Shown here: positions 44,707 to 53,556 of the stretch, in pieces
How the letters are laid out: every line of letters begins with the position of its first letter
How positions within the stretch are numbered: position 1 is the first letter of the stretch
DNA from: Burkholderiales bacterium
Lineage (GTDB): Bacteria > Pseudomonadota > Gammaproteobacteria > Burkholderiales > Burkholderiaceae_C
DNA length: 64,000 nt
Direction of reading: 5' to 3'
Assembly: GCA_003241965.1 (NCBI GenBank)
Contig: QBMB01000001.1
Span: 231,068-295,067 of the forward strand
Position numbers and translations under genes: made by a program
The notes under the pieces: generated by a model
What the model was told of the DNA's origin: nothing
What the model saw: only the letters and a program-made list of their open reading frames with translations
Database searches by the model: none

Positions 44707-45972
44707 ATGAGCGCATCCGTGATAAAGCGAGCAGCCGTGCTGCGCCTGTACCCGAATCAACAGCAGGTATCGTCCCTGCGTCGATGGCAGGGTGGGCTGC
44801 GCTACGTCTGGAATGCGGTGCTGGACTGCGTGTTCACGTCGCGTGACATAAATGGCCGTTGGCCCACCAAGGCCGAGATGCAGGCCCTCATCGTCGGGAT
44901 GAAGAAGATGGAGGGGACCGAATGGATCGCCGACATCCCCGCGCACGCCCTGTTGACTCTGGCCGACGATCTTTACAAAGCCCTGGTCAACTGGTTCAAC
45001 AGTCTCTCGGGCAAGCGCAAAGGCCCAAAGATTTCCCGTCCCAGATTCCGAGGAAAGTTCGATCGGCAGTTCTCGGTCTACATGGTCAACCAGAACACCT
45101 CGTTCAGCGATGGCCTGGTAAGACTGCCTAAGCTCGGGCAGGTGAAGTTCCGGGCCGGCGACCTGCCTGCCGGACGCCTGTTGTCTAGTCGCGTCTACCG
45201 CGAAGCGAACAAGTGGTACATGGCCAGCATCTTCGAGTGCGATGCACCGGAGATGAATGCTGCACCCGTTGAGTGCATAGGCATCGACATGGGACTCAAG
45301 ACGTTGGCCACTGTCTTTGACGGGCAGGGCATCCGCGAGGTGCCCAAGCTGGGCGCCCTCCGCAGGCATGAGCAGAGGCTGAAGCGATACCAGCGTCGAA
45401 TGAGTCGCAGGGTCAAGGGAAGCAACCGCCGCACCAAGGCAAAGCTGGCTGTTGCACGCCTGCACCAGCGCATCGCCAACATCCGCAAGGACTACGCGCA
45501 CAAGGCCACCAGCGACATCGTAGCCAGTGCGCAGACGATCAAGGTCGAAACCCTCAACGTCAAGGGCTGGGCGAAGAACCGAAGCATTTCCAAGAGCACC
45601 GCCGACGCCAGCGTCGGGATGTTCCTGAACATGCTGCGCTACAAGGCCGCCTGGGCTGGGCGAAGCCTGGTTGAGGTTGGCCAATGGGAGCCGACCAGCA
45701 AGACCTGCAGCGACTGCGGCTCGCACAATGCAACGGTCGTTCTGGGCGTCAGTCGGTGGGTATGCCGCGCGTGCGGCGCGATCCACGACCGCGATCACAA
45801 CGCGGCAAAGAACATTTATGCGTACGGCGAGGAACGCCGAAACGTGACCGGCAACACGGTCGAAAGCGCGTGGACTGGTGGAGATCAGGCGGGAGAAATC
45901 CCGCCAGTGCCCCAGGTTGAAACGCGAATCTTGAAACGGACAGCGCGCAAGTCGAATTGCGCGCTTGCCTAA
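44707..45972 (+). CDS. tnpB: TnpB RNA-guided endonuclease (IS200/IS605 type), RuvC intact, no tnpA
   Basis: RLYPNQQQ HTH; IGIDMG (D), KVETLN (E), TSKTCSDCG...CRACG zinc finger, HDRDHNAAKNI (D). Confidence 0.95.
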   Translation: MSASVIKRAAVLRLYPNQQQVSSLRRWQGGLRYVWNAVLDCVFTSRDINGRWPTKAEMQALIVGMKKMEGTEWIADIPAHALLTLADDLYKALVNWFNSLSGKRKGPKISRPRFRGKFDRQFSVYMVNQNTSFSDGLVRLPKLGQVKFRAGDLPAGRLLSSRVYREANKWYMASIFECDAPEMNAAPVECIGIDMGLKTLATVFDGQGIREVPKLGALRRHEQRLKRYQRRMSRRVKGSNRRTKAKLAVARLHQRIANIRKDYAHKATSDIVASAQTIKVETLNVKGWAKNRSISKSTADASVGMFLNMLRYKAAWAGRSLVEVGQWEPTSKTCSDCGSHNATVVLGVSRWVCRACGAIHDRDHNAAKNIYAYGEERRNVTGNTVESAWTGGDQAGEIPPVPQVETRILKRTARKSNCALA

Positions 45973-46007
45973 AGTAAATAATTCCGCCACTCCGCCACGC
46001 CATGCTT
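45845..46007 (+). ncRNA. Putative TnpB omegaRNA scaffold plus guide (boundaries approximate)
   Basis: Hairpins GGCGGGA-GAAA-TCCCGCC (45888-45905) and AGCGCGCAA-GTCGAA-TTGCGCGCT (45942-45965) overlap the tnpB 3' end, where omegaRNAs are known to lie. Confidence 0.6.
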
Positions 46008-46179
46008 CAACACCCGGTATGTTGGGCTGGTCTGGAACACCCTCATCGACTGGAACGTGGTGCAGGCAGAGCGGGCCGTGGTGCGGCCCTTGTCGGCCTG
46101 CCGTGCGCCTGGGAAAGCCACCTCAACCGCGCGCCAAGCAACAGCCGAATCACCCAACCTCCTCGCGTTTGACCATTGA
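45988..46179 (+). pseudogene. Copy 2 of the SLT 3' end (orphan 63 codons plus stop, no start)
   Basis: Same 192-bp length and frame as copy 1; 46 of 63 aa identical by manual alignment. Confidence 0.92.
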
Positions 46180-46181
46180 AC

Positions 46182-46661
46182 ATGAACAACGACATGCAAA
46201 CCACGGGCGCGCAGCCCAGCGCCATCGGCCCGTTGCTGGCCCTGTTCGAAGCCCTTTCTGAGCAGGATCAGCGCCGCATGTATGCCGTCCTGGGTGCTAT
46301 GGTCGGCGCGGGACCCTCGCCCGCTACAGCAACGGCAGAGCCCGTCACGGCCGAAGAGGGATTGGAGGAACCCAGTGAATTGGTGGCAGTGCAGGAGTGG
46401 TACGCAGGGCTCGGGGATGTGACCGACTATGAGCGCGTATCGCTGCTCAATGAAGCCATCGACAGTGTGCAGGCAGAAGACGCAAGGGCTTTCCTTGTGG
46501 CCCGTCGCCGCGATGTCCTCGACGACAAGCCCTCTGTCTCGGTCCGTGTCGCCGTAACGCGTATCGCAGCTGAGCAGCCTATGCTCATCCTCGGAGCTGC
46601 GGTGGGTGTCTTGCTTGCTGTGGTCAGCTTCGGATCTGGGCTATTCCGCGCCTGGTTCTAG
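46182..46661 (+). CDS. Hypothetical protein with C-terminal TM helix
   Basis: ATG 2 nt after the stop of SLT copy 2. Confidence 0.75.
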   Translation: MNNDMQTTGAQPSAIGPLLALFEALSEQDQRRMYAVLGAMVGAGPSPATATAEPVTAEEGLEEPSELVAVQEWYAGLGDVTDYERVSLLNEAIDSVQAEDARAFLVARRRDVLDDKPSVSVRVAVTRIAAEQPMLILGAAVGVLLAVVSFGSGLFRAWF

Positions 46662-46680
46662 ACCTCAAACACGCTCAACC

Positions 46681-46705
46681 AAGCCAGCATCCGCTGGCTT
46701 TTTTT
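46681..46705 (+). terminator. Intrinsic terminator
   Basis: AAGCCAGC-ATCC-GCTGGCTTTTTTT. Confidence 0.8.
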
Positions 46706-46871
46706 CGCCTGTGCGTGCCGCATTCGCTGAATGAAGGCGCAAAACACGAGGCCGGCTCGCTGCACGTTCGTGTTGAGGGGTCGAGTCCGGTGTCAACGCG
46801 GGGAAGTGGCCTAGTTGACCGGGATCGATCAACGCCCTTTCTACCTAGCATTGGTTCGGAAAGGTAGCGTC

Positions 46872-47654
46872 ATGTCACTGTTCAATCGCAAAAAGCCCGC
46901 CAAGGGCGAATCAATCTTGTCCGCAGATGATGGAGAGTCGGGCTCCCCGCGTCGCGGCAAGTCCAACCCACTTGTCGAGCTGGGTCAGCAACCCAATACG
47001 CCCCCGGCGGTTTTTGGGAAAGCAGACGCCAAGTTTGGCGAGATCTACGGCTCCGCAAAAGTGGAGGCCGCCCGCTGGTTCATCGGCGCGATGTTGGCAC
47101 TACTCCTGGCCATCGTCGCTGTGAGTTCCGTGGCGATGATTCTCCCCTTGAAGGAAGTCCGTCCATGGGTTGTCGAGATCAACCCTGCCACCGGCATCGT
47201 GAACAGACCCGTCCAGGTGGAACGGATCGACCCCAATCTCTCGGTGGTGAAAGCCGAACTCGCTCGCTGGGTGGAAGCCGTTTACACCATCGATCCGCTG
47301 CGTTCTTCCGAATTGCTGCGCTGGGCGAACAGTCGATCTGCTGACAAGGCGGTGGGCCAGTTCACTGAGTTCCGCGGGCGCGAGCGCATCTTTGAGCGGA
47401 TTCGCAACGAGCCAGAAATGGTCCGTGAGGTGAAGGTCACAGCTGTCGATGCCACGCAACGCGGCACGGCATTCATCTTCCTGACCGTCACCGAGCGCGT
47501 CGGCTCCCAAGTACCCAGCGCCGACAAGATCAAGCGGTACCGGGTGACCCTGAACTACCGCCTTACCCCCGCCACCCAGGAAGCCGAGTTGCTGGCCAAC
47601 CCGCTCGGCATCTTGGTCACCTTCTTCAGCGATGCCGAGGAGCGCGCACTGTGA
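46872..47654 (+). CDS. virB8: VirB8/TrbF
   Basis: Single TM, then LPLKEVRPWVVEINPATG; C-terminal ANPLGILVTFF. Confidence 0.9.
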   Translation: MSLFNRKKPAKGESILSADDGESGSPRRGKSNPLVELGQQPNTPPAVFGKADAKFGEIYGSAKVEAARWFIGAMLALLLAIVAVSSVAMILPLKEVRPWVVEINPATGIVNRPVQVERIDPNLSVVKAELARWVEAVYTIDPLRSSELLRWANSRSADKAVGQFTEFRGRERIFERIRNEPEMVREVKVTAVDATQRGTAFIFLTVTERVGSQVPSADKIKRYRVTLNYRLTPATQEAELLANPLGILVTFFSDAEERAL

Positions 47655-48514
47655 TCAACAACCTTTCCAAACCAATCATGCGCCTCCGCGCTATCTCGGT
47701 CGCCGCCCTGGTGGCGTCCAGCTTGTTCGCGGCATTGCCTGCAGCAGCCGAGCTGATCGCCACCCCACTGCGCGGTGACACCCGCCTTGTCGAGTTCCAG
47801 TTCGACCCGGACAACACGTTTCTCGTGTTGAGCAAGCCGCGTGCTGTGACACACCTCCAGTTCGCGCCGGATGAGCAAATCATGTCGGTGGCGGCGGGCG
47901 ACACCTCCAACTGGGAAATCACTCCCACGAAGAATCGCAAGAACCTGTTCCTCAAGCCCAAGTTCGAGGACCTTGAAACGTCGCTTACCGTCCTTACCGA
48001 CAAGCGCCCCTACCAGTTCGTTCTGAAGTCGACCACGGATGGCAAGAAGTGGTACCAGCGCGTCTCTTGGGTCTATTCGAGCCAAGTGGTGCTTGAGCTT
48101 GACCCTGCTGCCGCTTCAGATGCCGAAGAGGCCACCTCGATAGCCGCAGCTAGTCATCAAGGCCCATCAACCTCGCCGTCGGCCGCGCGACCCGAGGGCC
48201 CAGCCGGCATCAATCCAGAGGCAATGCGGTTTAGTTACCGCATTGAGGGCGACGCGAAGTTCAGACCCGAAATCGTTTTCGACGACGGCAGGTTTACCTA
48301 CTTCCGCATGCCGGCAGACCTCCAGGAACAGCCAGCCCTGTTTGCAGTGATCGAAGGCAACGACTTCAGCCTCGTCAACTACACGGTCAACGGCAACTTC
48401 ATCGTGGCTCAGCGCCTCCTCGACAACGCCGTCCTCAAGCTGGGCAAGCCTGAGGTGCGCGTCACCCGGGTTGAGCAAAAGCGCAATTGGTTCGGCCACG
48501 TAGTCAAGGACTGA
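47651..48514 (+). CDS. virB9: VirB9/TrbG
   Basis: LFLKPK, SLTVLTDKRPYQF, FRPEIVFDDGRFTYF, VNY.V.GNFIV. Confidence 0.92.
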   Translation: MINNLSKPIMRLRAISVAALVASSLFAALPAAAELIATPLRGDTRLVEFQFDPDNTFLVLSKPRAVTHLQFAPDEQIMSVAAGDTSNWEITPTKNRKNLFLKPKFEDLETSLTVLTDKRPYQFVLKSTTDGKKWYQRVSWVYSSQVVLELDPAAASDAEEATSIAAASHQGPSTSPSAARPEGPAGINPEAMRFSYRIEGDAKFRPEIVFDDGRFTYFRMPADLQEQPALFAVIEGNDFSLVNYTVNGNFIVAQRLLDNAVLKLGKPEVRVTRVEQKRNWFGHVVKD

Positions 48515-48515
48515 T

Positions 48516-49802
48516 ATGGGACTGTCCAAGGAATCTCTGATCGCCCCGGAGGAGCCCAAACCGGGTATCCCCCTCAAAAAATCGACCCTGGCAGTCCTCG
48601 GCGTTGCCGTGCTGGCTCTTGGCGTCGCTTCGTCAATCATGTTCACCAGTGGCCCGCAGCAACCTGCGGATCTCCTCCAGGCGCAGAAGGACGCGCCGGC
48701 TTCGCAAGTGATCGGCAAGCCGCAGTCCATCGATGAGGAGATCGCAAAGGTTGAGGCCTTGCCCTCGCCGATCCCAGCGTCCGTGCAGCGTCCCGACAGC
48801 AGCGCAGGACTGTATGAAAAGCCGTTGGCGAGTTTGGAAGGCACCAAGGTGACCTCAGTTGTCACTGCCAATCGCGGGCCGACTGAAGAGGCGCAGCAGG
48901 CGGTCATCGACGCTGAGCGCGAGTCGCAGGTGCGCATGGCCAAGGCAATGGTCGTTGACTTTGACGACAAGACGGAGGGTGGCCCTGTTGCCTCACTGGC
49001 GGGCGCTACGCCAGCAGGAATGATGGTCACTGGTGCGCGCGAGCTGCTCGGCGCTGACCAGCGTGGACGTGCTCCTAGCGAAACCGTTTCACCGGCCATC
49101 AACGCTGCCTTGGATCAACTGCGGGGAGCCCAGGCGGTTCCTGCAGGCGGCAAGTCGTGGATGAAGGAGTACGCCGGTGAGATCGAGCAGAAGGCCGGGG
49201 GCAAGGTGCTCAAAGGCTACCAACCTCCATCGAACCTCATCCTGCATCAGGGCAAGGTGATCCCCGCTGTACTGGGGCGCCAGATCAACTCCGATTTGCC
49301 GGGGCGCATCACGGCAATCACCACGGTGGACATCTACGACTCTCTGGGAAAGGGCCAACTCTTGATCCCGAAGGGAAGCACCTTGGATGGCCAATACGAC
49401 GCCGAGGTGAAGGTGGGTCAAAGCCGAATTCTGTTTGGGTTCGAGCGGCTCATCCTCCCCGACGGCACCAGCTTCGACCTTCCACCCGCCCCAGGCTCTG
49501 ACCTTCGCGGTGCTGCCGGCATTTCGGGCGACGTCAACAACCACTTCTTCAAGATGTTCGCGAGCAGCTTGTTCATCGCATTCCTCGCCGACAAAACGAC
49601 ACCGCCGCAGAACGTGACAAACATCGGTGGCGGTGGTGGCACGACCAAGACGGCGGCCGGTGAAGTCCTTGTCGACGTGAGCAAGTCGATTCTCGACCGC
49701 AACAAGGTTATCCCCCCAACCATCACCGTCCCGCAGGGTGAGCGCATCAACGTCGAAGTTGTCTCCGACATGGTGTTTGCCCGCAGCTACTCCAAGCGTT
49801 AA
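48516..49802 (+). CDS. virB10: VirB10/TrbI
   Basis: QGKVIPAVL..INSDLPG, LIPKGS, GQSRILFGFERL, G..GAAG.SGDVNNHF. Confidence 0.93.
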   Translation: MGLSKESLIAPEEPKPGIPLKKSTLAVLGVAVLALGVASSIMFTSGPQQPADLLQAQKDAPASQVIGKPQSIDEEIAKVEALPSPIPASVQRPDSSAGLYEKPLASLEGTKVTSVVTANRGPTEEAQQAVIDAERESQVRMAKAMVVDFDDKTEGGPVASLAGATPAGMMVTGARELLGADQRGRAPSETVSPAINAALDQLRGAQAVPAGGKSWMKEYAGEIEQKAGGKVLKGYQPPSNLILHQGKVIPAVLGRQINSDLPGRITAITTVDIYDSLGKGQLLIPKGSTLDGQYDAEVKVGQSRILFGFERLILPDGTSFDLPPAPGSDLRGAAGISGDVNNHFFKMFASSLFIAFLADKTTPPQNVTNIGGGGGTTKTAAGEVLVDVSKSILDRNKVIPPTITVPQGERINVEVVSDMVFARSYSKR

Positions 49803-49814
49803 GAGGTCTCAAAG

Positions 49815-51476
49815 ATGAAACTCAAGTTCACAAAGATGGCTGCGGCTGTTTGCATCGTTCTTCTGAATGCCAACGTCGCATCGGGCAGCAGCGGTCAGCT
49901 GGTGGGGTCCTACGACTTCTCATACATGACGACTGGCAGCTTGCGTGCCAGTCCGGTTCAGGTGTTTGACGATGGTCGCAACACCTACTTCCAGTTCCGT
50001 GCGGGCGAGGCAATCCCAGCGATCTTTACCCAGCAGAACGGCACCATGCAGCTGCTCGTGCCGTTGCACGAAGGCCCCTACGTGAAGGTCGAGCAAGTCC
50101 ACGGCCAGTTCACCCTCCAACTGGGGCGCGCTCAAGCGATGGTGGTTCATGGCGCCGGTACCCGTCTTGACGCCCCACCCATCCAGGCCGTCGCTCCCAA
50201 TGGCATGACCACGGCCTATCACGGCGGGGAAGTACGACCAGGCACGCGTGTTGTGGCCTCTCTGGCCCCAGCTGCGCCGGCTTTGGTCGACGACGCGCTC
50301 GAGCGCAACAGCTACGCCACTCCAACACGAGGTGACCGTGTGGGCTGGGTCGCTCCTGAGAAACGCGTCCAGGAACACGTCGTCTGGTTCCCTAAGGGCT
50401 CGCACACTCTGGGTCCCATGGGTCGCAAGCTCGTTCAGGGCCTTGCCCGGAGCACATCGGCCTCAGGCCGGTTCATCGTGATGGGGCGTGACGATGAGAG
50501 CTTGAAGGAAGGGCTTGAGCAAGCGCGCGCAGATGCGATGCGCGATGCGCTCGTGGCCTCTGGTGTCGGCCGCGACCGAATCACCACAAAGATTGGCATC
50601 GCAGGCAAGCGTGACAAGAACCTTTGGGAATCGAATATCCGCGTCGAGGTCGAGTCCGAAGCACTGGTGGCCTCCGCACGCCCTGCGCCCTCTCAAGCAG
50701 CCAGCGCTGATGCACGCGGCAACATCCAGTCTCTGATCCGCTCGGGCGTTTTGACGCTCGACCAAGGCAACGCGCTGCTGGCACGTGGTGGCGCGCAGGT
50801 CGCACCATCGACGCAAGTGGCACCTCAGGTGGATGTGCCTCCCGGTGGCTTCCGCATGGTTGCGGCGGACAAGACTGTGCAGACCACGATCCGTCGCTGG
50901 GCGACATCGGTCAACTACACGGTTGTTTGGGAAGTCCCGGCGGACCTGGACGCCCAAGTCTCTGGTGACGCCTTCGTCCAGGCTGGGTCAATCAAAGAAG
51001 CGATTGAGCGCCTGTTGGCAAGCCTTCGCCAAGCCGGGTACAGCCTTGATGCCACGTTCTACAGCAACCGCGTGATCCGCTTCACTGCCTCAGTTGCACA
51101 GAGCCAGGACGGTTCACCAGCGAACGCACCTGCAGCTCGTCCTGCTCGAAACGACCCGACTCCGCAAAAGGCACGCGAAAACACCCTGCAGCAGGCGGTA
51201 ACGAGTGGAGTTCCCAGCGAAGCCTCGGGGCGCAAATGGGCAATGAGGGCCGACGATAAGAGCATCGAACAGATGCTGAGTCGTTGGGGACGTGAGTCGC
51301 ACTGGTCGGTTGTTTGGAACGCGAAAGAGAGTGTGCCGATTGCGGGAGACGCAGTGGTTGAAATGCCCAGCTTCCTGACAGCCGCGGACTACGTGATCGC
51401 TCAAGCGACCAAGGCCGGATACCAGATGCGTGCGACGGCATATGCCAACAACACGCTCGTCGTCAGCAGCTACTGA
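49815..51476 (+). CDS. Multidomain PilL-like protein: VirB9-C-like + OmpA-like + two TcpQ-like domains
   Basis: PVQVFDDGRNTYFQF; ARADAMRDALVASGVGRDRI; TIRRWA..VNYTVVWEV and MLSRWGRESHWSVVWN. Confidence 0.7.
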   Translation: MKLKFTKMAAAVCIVLLNANVASGSSGQLVGSYDFSYMTTGSLRASPVQVFDDGRNTYFQFRAGEAIPAIFTQQNGTMQLLVPLHEGPYVKVEQVHGQFTLQLGRAQAMVVHGAGTRLDAPPIQAVAPNGMTTAYHGGEVRPGTRVVASLAPAAPALVDDALERNSYATPTRGDRVGWVAPEKRVQEHVVWFPKGSHTLGPMGRKLVQGLARSTSASGRFIVMGRDDESLKEGLEQARADAMRDALVASGVGRDRITTKIGIAGKRDKNLWESNIRVEVESEALVASARPAPSQAASADARGNIQSLIRSGVLTLDQGNALLARGGAQVAPSTQVAPQVDVPPGGFRMVAADKTVQTTIRRWATSVNYTVVWEVPADLDAQVSGDAFVQAGSIKEAIERLLASLRQAGYSLDATFYSNRVIRFTASVAQSQDGSPANAPAARPARNDPTPQKARENTLQQAVTSGVPSEASGRKWAMRADDKSIEQMLSRWGRESHWSVVWNAKESVPIAGDAVVEMPSFLTAADYVIAQATKAGYQMRATAYANNTLVVSSY

Positions 51477-51493
51477 GATTCAAGGAAACCAAG

Positions 51494-51895
51494 ATGAACG
51501 CCAAACTTTTCACTCTCGCCTGCATGGTTGCTGCATCGGCATCCAGCCATGCCCAGGTCATCCGCGTGGTCCCGGAGGCCTTCCCGATTCAGGCAGCGCC
51601 CGCCGCAGCCTTACCGATCCGGCCGATGGAGCGTGCTCCAGCGCCCGCCGTTGACCGCGCTCTGCGGATCAAGGCAGGCGACTTGATCTCTCCCCGCATC
51701 GTGGAGTGGGCAGGACGCAATGGCTATGTCCTTTCTTGGCATGCGGGGGAATTCCGTAGCGGCGCCGACCTGGTGCTGACCGATGACTTTGAGAAGTCCT
51801 TGGACGCCTTCCTCGGCTCCATGCGCTTCAACAAGGTTCGCCTCGAAGCCGAGATCTTCGCCAACAACGCCGTTCGAATTCTGGAGGTCAAGTGA
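51494..51895 (+). CDS. TcpQ-domain protein
   Basis: Signal peptide; IVEWAGRNGYVLSW...FANNAVRI. Confidence 0.75.
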   Translation: MNAKLFTLACMVAASASSHAQVIRVVPEAFPIQAAPAAALPIRPMERAPAPAVDRALRIKAGDLISPRIVEWAGRNGYVLSWHAGEFRSGADLVLTDDFEKSLDAFLGSMRFNKVRLEAEIFANNAVRILEVK

Positions 51896-53556
51896 ATTTC
51901 ATCAAACACACCATTGCGCTGAGCGCCGTCGCCGTCCTGGCAGGTTGCTCCACAGCGACCCTTGCTCCGATCACGCAAGGCGTGAACACGGTCCAAGCCG
52001 AGAGTGACCGAGCCACGGCCGCCCTTCGCGCCGGAGAGCCCACCCAACGCGCCAAGGAAACCTCAATCCGCCGTGTTGACCAGGTGTGGATGCCGATCAG
52101 CAAGGTTGCCCAAGGCATGAACCCAGCGGCTGTGGCCTCACTCGGTCGAGAAGTTGCCGTCAACCGCCGGTTCACTGGCTTGAGCGAAGCGGCTGCGTAT
52201 CTGACCCAGATCAGCGGCGTGCCTACCAGCGTGGCTGAAGCCGCTCGCCGCGCAGGTCTTGATGCACAGAGCTCCGCAAGCAACGAAGCCACCACCGCCT
52301 TGAACGGTGCCCCAGGTGGTGCCCCCACCATGGCGCCGCCGCCCATGCCCACGCCAATGGGCATCGGTATGCCGCCGGCGACCCCAACGGCTCAGACGAC
52401 GCCTCTGGTTTACAGCGGCAAGGTCTCCGGGATGCTCGACCTGATCGCCTCACGCTTTGGCGTGAGCTGGGAGTGGGATGGCAAGGGAATCTACTTCTTC
52501 AAGACCAAGTCGCAGACCTTCCGTTTGGCAGCGTTGCCCGGCGATACCAGTCTGGCCAGCCGAGTGGGCACTCAGTCCAACAACGCCACCGGTGGCTCGC
52601 AGGGGAGTCAGGCAAGCGGTTCATCCAGCAGCGAACTGCGCGCTGGCGTGGAGTTCTCCGGTCTGAGCATCTGGAAGGGTATCGAGGACAGCATCCGCAC
52701 GATGATGAGCCCGGACGGCAAGCTGGTCGTCACCGCGTCCACCGGCACGATCACCGTCGATGACACACCGCTGGTGCTCGACCGTGTCAGCAAGTTCGTT
52801 GAAGAGCAGAACAAGGCTTTGTCGCGCCAGGTGGTGATCAACGTCCGCGTGCTGGCCGTCGATCTGTCCAAATCCCACGAATACGGGATCAACTGGGACA
52901 TGGTCTACGAAAACATCGGCCAGAGCATCGGCGTGGGCCTGAGCAACTTGGCTGAACCCGTGACTGGAGGCACCAACCTGGCGCTGCGTGTTTTGCCCGG
53001 GGCCAGTATGTTCAGCGGCTCCAGCGCTGTGATTCAGGCCTTGTCAAAGCAGGGGCGAGTGTCCCAGGTCACCTCAGCCTCGCTCGTCACCATCAACAAC
53101 CAGCCTGCGCCAATTCAAGTGGGCCGTCAGACCGCCTACCTCGCGTCCAGCACGACCACCATCGGCACGGGCGGCGCAGGCAACACGGTGACGCTGCAGC
53201 CGGGTCAAGTCACGACGGGTTTCAGCATGAACATGCTGCCCCACATCTTGGACAGCAACCGTCTGATGCTTCAGTACTCGGGCGACATCTCCACGCTGAC
53301 GCGCCTCAACACGGTGGTGTCCGGTGACTCGTCCATCCAGACGCCTGAAATCGACACTCGAAACTTCATGCAGCGAACGTTCCTCAACAGCGGGGAAACG
53401 CTGGTGGTGACAGGTTTCGAGCAGTTCGTTCTCAACGGGGACACACAAGGCATAGGAAGCCCTGAAAACCTTGCTCTGGGCGGCCGTCTGACGGCCAAGG
53501 ACACGAAGACGGTCCTGGTCGTCCTGATTCAACCCGTCGTGTCGGGCAACCTCTGA
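51892..53556 (+). CDS. pilN: Type IVb pilus lipoprotein secretin PilN/BfpB
   Basis: Lipobox LAGC; QVVINVRVL, ALSKQGRVS, TINNQPAPIQVG, LNSGETLVVTG. Confidence 0.92.
   Translation: MNFIKHTIALSAVAVLAGCSTATLAPITQGVNTVQAESDRATAALRAGEPTQRAKETSIRRVDQVWMPISKVAQGMNPAAVASLGREVAVNRRFTGLSEAAAYLTQISGVPTSVAEAARRAGLDAQSSASNEATTALNGAPGGAPTMAPPPMPTPMGIGMPPATPTAQTTPLVYSGKVSGMLDLIASRFGVSWEWDGKGIYFFKTKSQTFRLAALPGDTSLASRVGTQSNNATGGSQGSQASGSSSSELRAGVEFSGLSIWKGIEDSIRTMMSPDGKLVVTASTGTITVDDTPLVLDRVSKFVEEQNKALSRQVVINVRVLAVDLSKSHEYGINWDMVYENIGQSIGVGLSNLAEPVTGGTNLALRVLPGASMFSGSSAVIQALSKQGRVSQVTSASLVTINNQPAPIQVGRQTAYLASSTTTIGTGGAGNTVTLQPGQVTTGFSMNMLPHILDSNRLMLQYSGDISTLTRLNTVVSGDSSIQTPEIDTRNFMQRTFLNSGETLVVTGFEQFVLNGDTQGIGSPENLALGGRLTAKDTKTVLVVLIQPVVSGNL

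Noticed and set aside
44707-45972. Nuclease-dead TnpB repressor (TldR) or Cas12 effector
   Set aside because: All three RuvC acidic residues are present and there is no CRISPR array.
44507-45990. Ordinary IS605/IS1341 transposon with target-site duplication
   Set aside because: No tnpA, no left-end hairpin space, and IS200/IS605 elements do not make TSDs; the flanking copies are 192 bp and substantially diverged.
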